DNA of 25,190 nucleotides from Fidelibacterota bacterium. GTDB taxonomy: Bacteria; Fidelibacterota; Marinisomatia; Marinisomatales; TCS56. The notes under the pieces were generated by a model that searched no databases, was not told the origin of the DNA, and was given only the letters and a program-made list of their open reading frames with translations. The position numbers and the translations under genes are program-made. The stretch's first letter is position 1; the number at the start of each line of letters is the position of its first letter. Positions 17,230 through 25,190 of the stretch are shown one piece after another. The stretch is from contig JBDRBK010000094.1 of assembly GCA_043822705.1 (NCBI GenBank), positions 1 to 25,190 of the forward strand, read 5' to 3'.

Positions 17230-18696
17230 ATGAATACAAACCCAGCCAATACACTGAAGTACCCGGAACCGGATCCGGTTCTGATCGCCAAACCTTCATT
17301 AAAAAAATACCTTCGTTACCTGGCCTTTTTCGGTCCCGGAGCGGTATTGGCATCGATGACCATTGGCCAGGGACAGTTAATCCTGGCGCCGCAGCTGGGC
17401 GCCTGGGCCGGCTACGCCTTTCTGTGGATTATTACCCTGAATATCGGGTCGTACATCATCGCTTATACCGGCTGCCGCTTTTCCCTGCTGGCGGGAATCG
17501 GTCCGATGAGCGTTTTCGCCACCAAGACCCGCAGCGGCTGGATGAACTGGATCTTCATCGTGATCATTCTGATTTTTATCCCGATGTTCACGGCCGCGAT
17601 CATCACCACCATGGGACAGTCGCTGACCTGGATATTCGGCCGGGGACATTATCTGGTCTGGGGAATCTCATTTTCGCTGCTGGCGGCTTCACTGGTCCTG
17701 GCGGGCCGCTATAAAATCCTGGAGCTCAGCCAGGCCCTTTTCGTCGCCTTTCTGGGAATTGGCGCCATCGTTTCGGTGATAAAAATCCGGCCGGACCTGA
17801 CGGAAATGCTGCCCAATTTTTTCCGGTTCGGCAACATCCCGGCCTACCCGGAATGGATGGTCACCAATTTCCCGGTGGCAGCCGGAAAACCGGTGGCGCT
17901 GCTGATGCTGGGCATGCTAGGGACACTCTCGGTCACGATCATTCCATTGATCGGATACCTGGGTTGGATCAGGGTCAAAAAATGGGGTATCTATCACAAT
18001 CAGGCCGATCCGGACCGTTTTTCCGAAGAGCTATTCGCACGTTTCCGCAGCACTGGGACAGTGGACTACCTACCGGACAGTAAACCGGAACTCGAAAAAA
18101 GCCGCCTGTTATTAAAACCACTGATAGTGGATTTGGCAGTTGCATTTTTTATCGTCTCGCTGGTGTCGATCTGCTATATGACCGCCGGCAAACATTTGCT
18201 CGGACCCCAGCTCGACGGCAGCTTCAAACTGCCATCGGATATCAACCTGCTGAAGGAACAGGCGGTGATTTTTTCTCACATCGCCCCAATCCTGACGCCG
18301 CTGTACAAAATCAGTATCATTTTCGCCCTGTTTGGGACGGTCTATGCCGGCTTCGAAGCAGTGGCGCGCATGCTGTACGAAACCGCCAAAGACATGCTGA
18401 AACCTGTGCGGGAAACACAATACAATAAATTTATCATTTATCTGCTGGTCTACATCCTCTGCACCGGTGTTCCATTGGCAATTTTGATATTCTCCGGTGT
18501 TTCAGTGCTGATAATGCTCAGCGTAACACTGCTGTTCATCGGCGTTGTAGGTGTTATAATCTACGGAATCGGCGTTGTTGTAATCAGCCAGACCGTCCTG
18601 CCCGCTCCCTATCGTCTGCGGGGGATCAGCCTGTATCTGGCCCTGGGGGGAATCTTTTGCATGTCGTTACCGGTAATTCTGGTCATCTTCAAATGA
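17230..18696 (+). CDS. NRAMP-like (YcsG/MntH-related, APC superfamily) transporter
   Basis: GPGAVLASMTIGQGQLILAPQLGAWAGYAFLW N-terminal signature and about 11 TM segments. The canonical MntH DPGN motif is absent. Confidence 0.72.
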   Translation: MNTNPANTLKYPEPDPVLIAKPSLKKYLRYLAFFGPGAVLASMTIGQGQLILAPQLGAWAGYAFLWIITLNIGSYIIAYTGCRFSLLAGIGPMSVFATKTRSGWMNWIFIVIILIFIPMFTAAIITTMGQSLTWIFGRGHYLVWGISFSLLAASLVLAGRYKILELSQALFVAFLGIGAIVSVIKIRPDLTEMLPNFFRFGNIPAYPEWMVTNFPVAAGKPVALLMLGMLGTLSVTIIPLIGYLGWIRVKKWGIYHNQADPDRFSEELFARFRSTGTVDYLPDSKPELEKSRLLLKPLIVDLAVAFFIVSLVSICYMTAGKHLLGPQLDGSFKLPSDINLLKEQAVIFSHIAPILTPLYKISIIFALFGTVYAGFEAVARMLYETAKDMLKPVRETQYNKFIIYLLVYILCTGVPLAILIFSGVSVLIMLSVTLLFIGVVGVIIYGIGVVVISQTVLPAPYRLRGISLYLALGGIFCMSLPVILVIFK

Positions 18697-18724
18697 TTTT
18701 AAATCAAACCAAGGAGGTCAGCAC

Positions 18725-20140
18725 ATGAATCCCTGGGATTTGGCACTGAATTTCAAAGATGTCGTTCTGGATTTCACCTACCTGAGCGGCTTTTTAGTAT
18801 TGGCTACCCTGCTGCGTCGTTACGTTCCCCTGCTCCAGAAATTTCTGATTCCCAACAATGTCGTGGCCGGTTTTTTCGGTCTGCTGATCGGCAGTCAATT
18901 GTTGGGACTGATCAATCTGGAAAGCGCCCGGCTGGGCCAGTATGTCTATCATCTGCTGGCCCTGACCTTCATCGCTATCGGCCTGCGGCAGCAGAAAACC
19001 CACTGGGGCCGCGGACCGCTGAGCAAGAGTTTTACCGGCCTGTCCTGCTATATTATACAGGCCGTCATTGGTATTCTGGTGGCTTTCGGTTTCATTTATT
19101 CTTTCTGGCCAGACCTGTTCCCCGGGATCGGTTTTCTGCTGCCGCTGGGTTTCGGCATGGGACCGGGCATCGCCTACACCATGGGACACAGTTGGGAAAA
19201 ATTCGGATTCGAAGGCGGCGGTATGGTGGGACTCACCTTCTCGGTCATCGGCTTTCTGATCGCCTATTTCGCCGGGATTATTATCGTCAACCGCGGAATC
19301 AACAACCGCGAGACGACACTGGTCGACGGGCCGGACAAAATAACCAATGACATGCGCACCGGTGTAGTAAGTGAGGACGAGCCCAAAATCGCCGGTCGCC
19401 TGACCCTGTCGACCGAAGCGATCGAGCCGCTGGCGTTCCAGTTGGCCCTGATTGGGTTGCTGTACATGCTGACCTACGGCTTGATCCACTGGCTCACCGC
19501 TCTGATGGCCAAAGCCGGGCTCCAGGATTTCGTCGATACGGTCTGGTCTTTTCATTTTGTAGTCGGACTGTTGATCGCCATCGTGACCCGCGCCCTGATG
19601 GACCGGACCGGCAGCAGCTTCATCATCGACCGCGGATTAATGAACCGGACCTCCGGCGTCTGCATGGATTATCTGGTGACCGCCTCGATCGCGGCTATCA
19701 ATATCGCTATTGTCGGTCGTTACTGGGGTCCGATACTGGTAATGAGCATCCTGGGCGGTATCGGCACCTATGCCGTCGTCAAATACGCTTCGACACGTGC
19801 CTTCGATGACTACCATTTTGAGCGATTTGTGGGAATTTTCGGAGAAATGACCGGCACGATCAATTCCGGGCTGGTCCTGATCCGGGTGACCGATCCCGAA
19901 TTCGACACGCCGGCGGCGGAAGATCTGGCTTATGGCGGTGGTATTTCGCTGTTCCTGGGACTGCCGTTGTTGATCCTGCTGACCGTGCCGATGAGCGTTT
20001 TCGGCAACAGCCTGCGCGGCTACTGGATCACCTTCGGGATCATCCTGATTTATGCAGCCGTGCTCTGGACCGCCTGGCGTCTGATCGGATTTATCCGTTA
20101 CACCCGCCCTGTTTTCAAGCGATCCGAATCCCGGCAATAA
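18725..20140 (+). CDS. Sodium/glutamate symporter (GltS/ESS) family protein, paralog 1
   Basis: LRRYVPLLQKFLIPNNVVAG, PLGFGMGPG, GLTFSVIGF, GEMTGTINSGLVLIRVTDPEF; AAGGAGG RBS. Confidence 0.85.
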   Translation: MNPWDLALNFKDVVLDFTYLSGFLVLATLLRRYVPLLQKFLIPNNVVAGFFGLLIGSQLLGLINLESARLGQYVYHLLALTFIAIGLRQQKTHWGRGPLSKSFTGLSCYIIQAVIGILVAFGFIYSFWPDLFPGIGFLLPLGFGMGPGIAYTMGHSWEKFGFEGGGMVGLTFSVIGFLIAYFAGIIIVNRGINNRETTLVDGPDKITNDMRTGVVSEDEPKIAGRLTLSTEAIEPLAFQLALIGLLYMLTYGLIHWLTALMAKAGLQDFVDTVWSFHFVVGLLIAIVTRALMDRTGSSFIIDRGLMNRTSGVCMDYLVTASIAAINIAIVGRYWGPILVMSILGGIGTYAVVKYASTRAFDDYHFERFVGIFGEMTGTINSGLVLIRVTDPEFDTPAAEDLAYGGGISLFLGLPLLILLTVPMSVFGNSLRGYWITFGIILIYAAVLWTAWRLIGFIRYTRPVFKRSESRQ

Positions 20141-20172
20141 TTACTTGAATCAATTAGACAAAGGAGTATTCT

Positions 20173-21573
20173 ATGAGCCCCTGGGATCTTGATGTCAACT
20201 TTCGTCTGGTCGTTCTGGACCTGCTTTACCTCAGTTCCTTAATCCTGGTCGGCACCCTGCTGCGGCGCTATGTCAAATTCTTCCAGAGATTCCTGATACC
20301 GAATAATCTGATCGGCGGTGCGATCGGACTGCTGATCTGCACCCAGGGCTTCGGCTGGATCGACATGCCGTCGGAACGGCTGGGGATCTATGTCTATCAC
20401 CTGCTGGCCCTGACTTTCATCACGCTGGGCCTGCGTCAGGAAAAGAAACACTGGGGCAAGGGTCCCCTGAGCAAGGCCTTCGCTGCCTTGTCGTCTTATA
20501 TTGTCCAGGCCGCGATCGGTTTACTGGTGGCCTTCGCCCTGATCTATACAGTAAAACCGGATTTATTCGCCGGCATCGGCCTGCTGGTTCCGCTAGGGTT
20601 CGGCATGGGCCCGGGACTGGCCTACGCGATGGGCAACAGTTGGGAGCACTGGGGTTTCGAAGGCGGCGGGCTGGTGGGTCTGACCTTTGCCGCAATCGGC
20701 TACCTGTATGCCTTTTTTGCCGGAATGGCGATCATCCAGTGGGGCATTCGTACCGGGCAGAGCAACTTGATCAAAAGTACTGATCATATCACCGAAAACA
20801 TGCGTACCGGTATTAATCGGTTGGATGACCAGCCGATCGCGGGCCGGTTGCCGATGTCTTCCGAAGCAATCGAATCGATGGCATTTCAGTTCGGTTTGAT
20901 CGGGTTTGTCTACCTGCTGACTTACGGTTTCTGCTACGTTTTTACCGCTTTTCTGGAGAACGTCGGCGCCCATGATTTTGTAGCGACGATTTGGTCTTTC
21001 CACTTTGTTTTCGGCCTGCTGATCGCCCTGCTGGTCAGGAAAATCTTCGATAAAACCAAAACCGCCCATGTCATCGATAAGGGCCTGATGACGCGCTGGA
21101 TGGGTGTTTTCCTGGATTACCTGGTCGTGGGTGCGGTAGCCGCCATCAGCATCACAATCGTCGGTCAGTACTGGCGCTCGATCCTGTTCATGTCACTCCT
21201 GGCCGGTCCCGCCACCTTCGGGATATTGTATTATTTCTGCTATCGCGCCTTCGACGATTACCATTTCGAGCGCTTCGTGGAACTCTGGGGTGAAATGACC
21301 GGCACAATCAATTCCGCCCTGGTGCTGCTGCGGGTGACCGACCCGGAATTCAAAACGCCGGTGGCCGAGGATGCAGTCTATGGAAGTGGAATTACCCTGT
21401 TTCTGGGAATTCCGTTACTGGTTGTACTGAACGTACCGACGGCCTTCTACAAGAATGCCATCGAAGGTTACTGGGTCGCCTTGGGAATTCTGCTGCTGTA
21501 CTGGCTGGTCGCAGTCATTATCTGGCGGGCGATCGGCTTCCTGCAGTTTAAACGGGTGGTGCCGAAACCTTAA
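20173..21573 (+). CDS. Sodium/glutamate symporter (GltS/ESS) family protein, paralog 2
   Basis: Collinear with paralog 1 (LRRYVKFFQRFLIPNN, PLGFGMGPG, AFDDYHFERFV, GEMTGTINS, RVTDPEF); AAGGAG RBS. Confidence 0.85.
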   Translation: MSPWDLDVNFRLVVLDLLYLSSLILVGTLLRRYVKFFQRFLIPNNLIGGAIGLLICTQGFGWIDMPSERLGIYVYHLLALTFITLGLRQEKKHWGKGPLSKAFAALSSYIVQAAIGLLVAFALIYTVKPDLFAGIGLLVPLGFGMGPGLAYAMGNSWEHWGFEGGGLVGLTFAAIGYLYAFFAGMAIIQWGIRTGQSNLIKSTDHITENMRTGINRLDDQPIAGRLPMSSEAIESMAFQFGLIGFVYLLTYGFCYVFTAFLENVGAHDFVATIWSFHFVFGLLIALLVRKIFDKTKTAHVIDKGLMTRWMGVFLDYLVVGAVAAISITIVGQYWRSILFMSLLAGPATFGILYYFCYRAFDDYHFERFVELWGEMTGTINSALVLLRVTDPEFKTPVAEDAVYGSGITLFLGIPLLVVLNVPTAFYKNAIEGYWVALGILLLYWLVAVIIWRAIGFLQFKRVVPKP

Positions 21574-22379
21574 ACTGAATCGGACAACCGGTCCAGTTCT
21601 TCCGGCCGCGCCAGCGACCGGGCCACCGTTCTGGCCATCTTGCCGGCGTGGAGACCGTCCACGATCCGGTGATCGAAGGTGGCACAGAGCGGCAGTATCA
21701 GCCGGATCGCGATTTTACCGGATTTAACCACCGGTTTCAGTTCGCATTTGCCCATATTCACGACGGCGGGAATTTTGGCGGCGGGCATCAGGGCCGGGAA
21801 GCCAGTAGTAAGTCCGATCGTCCCGATATTGGACAGCATGATCGACCCGAACGATGAATCCTCGTAGCCCATAAAGCTCAAATTGATACCCAGATCGTGA
21901 ACGATCCAGCGGATTAATTTATAGATCCAGCCCCTGAACGGCCAGGGAATCCGGGTCAGGGTGTACTTATTCCGCATCGTTTTATTTTCCTGTCCCTGCC
22001 GGGCGCCGAAGGCCATTCCGCGGATTTCAGCCGCGATCTGGGAAGCCGTCTTTTTATCGGCGTCACAGATACGTACCGCAGCCATTTCGGCCCCGCCCTT
22101 GATACCTACAGAAACGGTAATATCGATATAATCACGTGGCACCAGCCGGCCCCGACGGATATGACAATTGACATCCGGGTACTTGGCCATGGCGCGACCG
22201 ATGGCCGCCACCACAAAGGCCGTCATCGTCAGTTTATTGCCGGTCTGGCGCTGTTCCTTGATATAATCATCGATTGCGGTAACGTCGACATCGACGGTGC
22301 CAAAGATTTTTCCGTCACGGGGCGGAGCGTACAGGGTTGCGGCCATCAACCGCCAGGGTGGATTGAAATTGTCTTTCAT
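21570..22379 (-). CDS. 2-oxoacid dehydrogenase E2-type acyltransferase, catalytic domain only
   Basis: LSNIGTIG, PVV..GKI.IR..LPL.ATFDHRIVDG (catalytic HxxxDG). No lipoyl domain. ATG 22379 preferred over 22439. Confidence 0.88.
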   Translation of the reverse strand: MKDNFNPPWRLMAATLYAPPRDGKIFGTVDVDVTAIDDYIKEQRQTGNKLTMTAFVVAAIGRAMAKYPDVNCHIRRGRLVPRDYIDITVSVGIKGGAEMAAVRICDADKKTASQIAAEIRGMAFGARQGQENKTMRNKYTLTRIPWPFRGWIYKLIRWIVHDLGINLSFMGYEDSSFGSIMLSNIGTIGLTTGFPALMPAAKIPAVVNMGKCELKPVVKSGKIAIRLILPLCATFDHRIVDGLHAGKMARTVARSLARPEELDRLSDSV

Positions 22380-22563
22380 GGCGGAGAATTTAGGTTGCCG
22401 GGTATAAAAGAAAAAAGTTGGAACTGTTTTACCGATCAACTGGCTCCGGGATTTATACGGTAACCGGAATTATGAAGCTCAAACCGGACGGTTAGAATAG
22501 ACATATGACCGATATAATAAGAATTGTGAATTGTACTTTTTAAAACATAGAAATAGTACATAG

Positions 22564-22650
22564 CGGAGAGGCGGGGATTCGAACCCCGGAATAGATTTCT
22601 CTATTACATGCTTTCCAAGCAAGCGCCTTCAGCCTCTCGGCCACCTCTCC
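22564..22650 (-). tRNA. tRNA-Ser(GGA)
   Basis: GGAGAGGTGGCCGAGAGGCTGAAGGCGCTTGCTT-GGA-AAGCATGTAATAGAGAAATCTATTCCGGGGTTCGAATCCCCGCCTCTCCG; long variable arm; one U-U mismatch in the anticodon stem. Confidence 0.94.
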
Positions 22651-22697
22651 GGAATTATGTAAAATAGCTGTTTAGTGGTCCGCAGCGATTTCCAGTC

Positions 22698-23048
22698 CTA
22701 TTCGGACTTGTCCGCTTCCGCAACTTCTACTGTCGCCGCGGTAACTTCGGCGGCAACGACTGCCGGTGCTTCGGCAACTTCCGCAGCCGCAACTATCCGG
22801 GGCTCGCCGATCAATTCTTCGGGCTGTATGACCGGTATGGTTTCCGCCATCGGGTGCAATTCGGCCTCAAAGCGTTTTATGGCGGCAGAAATATCCTCGC
22901 CATCCATCACTTTTACGATTTCTTCCTGGAAACGCCACATACCAGTTTTCGTGGAACGCACGCTTCTTACATATTTCGCCAGGGAATAATTGCGCTTTTC
23001 ACGCGCTTTGGCTGACTTTGCAGCAAATCCGCCTACCTTCTTTGCCAT
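22698..23048 (-). CDS. DUF4295-like (bL38-like) small basic protein with acidic Ala/Glu tail
   Basis: MAKK...AKYVRSVRSTKTGMWRFQEEIV resembles the DUF4295 pattern MAKK...K.I.MVKS.KTG.Y.F.E; AAAGGA RBS. Confidence 0.6.
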   Translation of the reverse strand: MAKKVGGFAAKSAKAREKRNYSLAKYVRSVRSTKTGMWRFQEEIVKVMDGEDISAAIKRFEAELHPMAETIPVIQPEELIGEPRIVAAAEVAEAPAVVAAEVTAATVEVAEADKSE

Positions 23049-23149
23049 GATAAATCCTTTTTAATGAAAAATTCTATTCAACTAAAGCCGGAGAATTTAA
23101 TGGCTGTAACATTCATTACAAAAACCCATTTTAGGTCTAATTAAAATAT

Positions 23150-25090
23150 TCAATATTCCGCGGCCGGCTGATATAATATGTTCCGCAGATAAATTACATC
23201 CCCCTGATTGCCAGCCCTATCCCAACCAGTGAAACTGACATTATAGCTGGTTCCGGACACCAGTTTCGGAGCATTGGCCGGTACCTGATGTATCTTTTTC
23301 CCTGGCTCCAGCTCCCCATCAACCAGTGCTACCACTATCACCAATGAATTGTCGCCGCTCGCCGAGACGGGTTCCCAGCGATATTCGGCCCGCACCAACT
23401 GTTCATCGAACACGTAGGAAACCGACAGTTCGCGAATAGTGGCATCGCTGTAGGGAAAGATCGATGTTATCAGCGGCGGCCGGACATCAAAATGCAGTTC
23501 GGTAACACTGGTTGTGTCCGACATGTTACCGGCTAAGTCGCTGCACCAGAATTTCAACCGATAGCCGGCGCTGTCCTGCAATTGAATCCCATTGAATTGG
23601 ACTTCCACTGGGATTTCAGACGGGAGCCATTCTGCGTTGCGGCTGGCTAAATGCACACCAACCGAATCAAGCAACCCTCCGGTCCATTCCCAACGCGCCA
23701 CTACTGTGGAAACAGCCTCGTTGACGGTAAATTTTACGAGCGGCCGGTTGAAATAGGTTCCGGCGACCGGAGCACTCACCGTTACCAGTGGCGGCTGCGG
23801 ATCGATGCGAATGCCGGCGATCACCGGTGATTGACCGCGGTTACCGGCCTGGTCCTGCCCCTGTAGAACAACCTCGTAGGAACAATTTTGCGTGAGTTCG
23901 GGCTGGTGTACCGGAATAAACAATTCACCGTTGGCCAGCAGCAGTTCGTCCGGCTCCAGGGGAACGACCAGGATATTGTCAGATTCGGTGTAACCGGTCA
24001 TGGTGAACAGCAACCGGGCCGCCACCAGCCGTTCCGATGAAACGAATCCGATTTGCGGATAGATACCGTTGGGAGCGATTTCCAATTGCATGACCGGCGA
24101 TGACTGATCAAAAACCAGTCCAGACACTTGTTTTTTGATGACGGGGCGCCCGGCTACCGTCCAGCCGTTGAATGTCATCCGGTAAATGCCGCTGTCAGCC
24201 ATCACCGAACCGGTACCCAGATCGATATCGTGCCGTCCGGCCGTCAGATCGACACCGTACAAGTTGATCGTATGCGTGCCGAGAATATCACTGGCACCAC
24301 CGGTATTTTCCAATAAAATTTCAGCGGATTCAAGCGCGGTGTAGAGGTTGTAGGACACCCGGCTGTTGTTGATCCGACTGGAATCCGTCGGCACGATAAA
24401 TTCGCAGGCGTCCTCGAAACCGTCATCCCGTAATCGGATATCGTAAAAAACCCGGTTGTTTTCATCGGTACCGACGGTCCGTGTGGCAGCGGTGAGCAGA
24501 TCGAGAATATGAATCCAGCGCCGGATAATTCGTGGACCCGGCAACGCTTCCCAGGTTTGGGCGACGGCTTCGCCGTCTGGACCATAGTCGTAGCGAATCC
24601 GTCCGTAAAGCCGGCCGTCGGAATCAAAGAAGCGACAGGAATCGACCAGTCGGGAAGTTCCAAAATTGTAGATGGTATAACGATCGGCCCAATTGGCGAC
24701 AATATTATCACCGTCCACATATTCGGACAAACGGGTCGCCAGCGTGTCATGGCCGAAAATTATCCTTTCTCTGACTTGCCCCGTTTCATCCAGATACTGC
24801 TTAATCGACGGCGACGGACTGTCGCCCTGATATTCCAGTTGCTCGGTCCGTTCGATCTGACCTGCGACGGAATACCAACTCCGGCCGATTACCCGGTTTC
24901 CATCATCGTACTCAATCAGCAAATAGGGCTTGCCACGGATTTCCGATTGCGGCACGGGATTATCGCTCAAAAATTCAAATTCACTTAAAAAATATTTTTT
25001 AACCGCACCGGCCTGTGCGATCAGCATTGCTGTTAAAAGTAAATAAAGTCCGATCCATTTCAAACCGCACCTGCACCAGTACATGGTCAC
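23150..25090 (-). CDS. Secreted protein: N-terminal YD-like beta region plus about 4 Ig-like domains
   Basis: Signal peptide; repeated (Y).....G.D.AGN and D..PP.I/V motifs (GQDQAGN, CSDLAGN, GWDRAGN). Confidence 0.7.
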   Translation of the reverse strand: MTMYWCRCGLKWIGLYLLLTAMLIAQAGAVKKYFLSEFEFLSDNPVPQSEIRGKPYLLIEYDDGNRVIGRSWYSVAGQIERTEQLEYQGDSPSPSIKQYLDETGQVRERIIFGHDTLATRLSEYVDGDNIVANWADRYTIYNFGTSRLVDSCRFFDSDGRLYGRIRYDYGPDGEAVAQTWEALPGPRIIRRWIHILDLLTAATRTVGTDENNRVFYDIRLRDDGFEDACEFIVPTDSSRINNSRVSYNLYTALESAEILLENTGGASDILGTHTINLYGVDLTAGRHDIDLGTGSVMADSGIYRMTFNGWTVAGRPVIKKQVSGLVFDQSSPVMQLEIAPNGIYPQIGFVSSERLVAARLLFTMTGYTESDNILVVPLEPDELLLANGELFIPVHQPELTQNCSYEVVLQGQDQAGNRGQSPVIAGIRIDPQPPLVTVSAPVAGTYFNRPLVKFTVNEAVSTVVARWEWTGGLLDSVGVHLASRNAEWLPSEIPVEVQFNGIQLQDSAGYRLKFWCSDLAGNMSDTTSVTELHFDVRPPLITSIFPYSDATIRELSVSYVFDEQLVRAEYRWEPVSASGDNSLVIVVALVDGELEPGKKIHQVPANAPKLVSGTSYNVSFTGWDRAGNQGDVIYLRNILYQPAAEY

Positions 25091-25106
25091 GACTCAGGAT
25101 TAAAAT

Positions 25107-25190
25107 TCAGGATGCGCTTTTCGCGGCGGCATCCAGTTTCTGTTTGCGCCACTTCTCCCGGGCGAATTTGCGCATGTCGGCCACATCGTC
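25107..25190 (-). CDS. 3' end of an upstream gene (partial)
   Basis: Open frame DDVADMRKFAREKWRKQKLDAAAKSAS* ending 16 nt before the next start. Confidence 0.5.
   Translation of the reverse strand, partial: DDVADMRKFAREKWRKQKLDAAAKSAS

Noticed and set aside
17377..22989. Alternative-frame and antisense ORFs over the transporter, E2 and neighbouring genes (e.g. 18794..19555)
   Set aside because: They overlap well-supported genes and have no recognisable motifs.

Overview
Bacterial chromosomal window, by inference from an FCB-group/Marinimicrobia-like lineage. The core is a translation cluster: glnS, gltX, tRNA-Gln(CTG)-Arg(ACG)-Glu(CTC), tRNA-Ser(TGA), tRNA-Ser(GGA) and a DUF4295/bL38-like protein. 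It is flanked by a giant Calx-beta repeat surface protein that the ORF track missed and that runs off the left edge, a run of small accessory genes, an IS1182-family element, an NRAMP-like transporter, two tandem GltS-family symporters and a stand-alone E2 acyltransferase domain. The most unusual signal is at two different tRNA genes, Glu(CTC) and Ser(TGA). Each intact tRNA is followed by tandem copies of its own 3' portion, and in all five copies the same 33-34 nt palindrome sits at the same position in the T-loop (GTTC^GAATC). At tRNA-Ser each 302-bp unit carries an intact 86-aa GIY-YIG nuclease gene that starts 3 nt after the tRNA end and stops inside the palindrome. At tRNA-Glu the 168-bp units are non-coding. 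This looks like a candidate tRNA-T-loop-targeting, GIY-YIG-associated mobile or amplifying repeat system. The structure is seen directly; the mechanism and novelty are inference.
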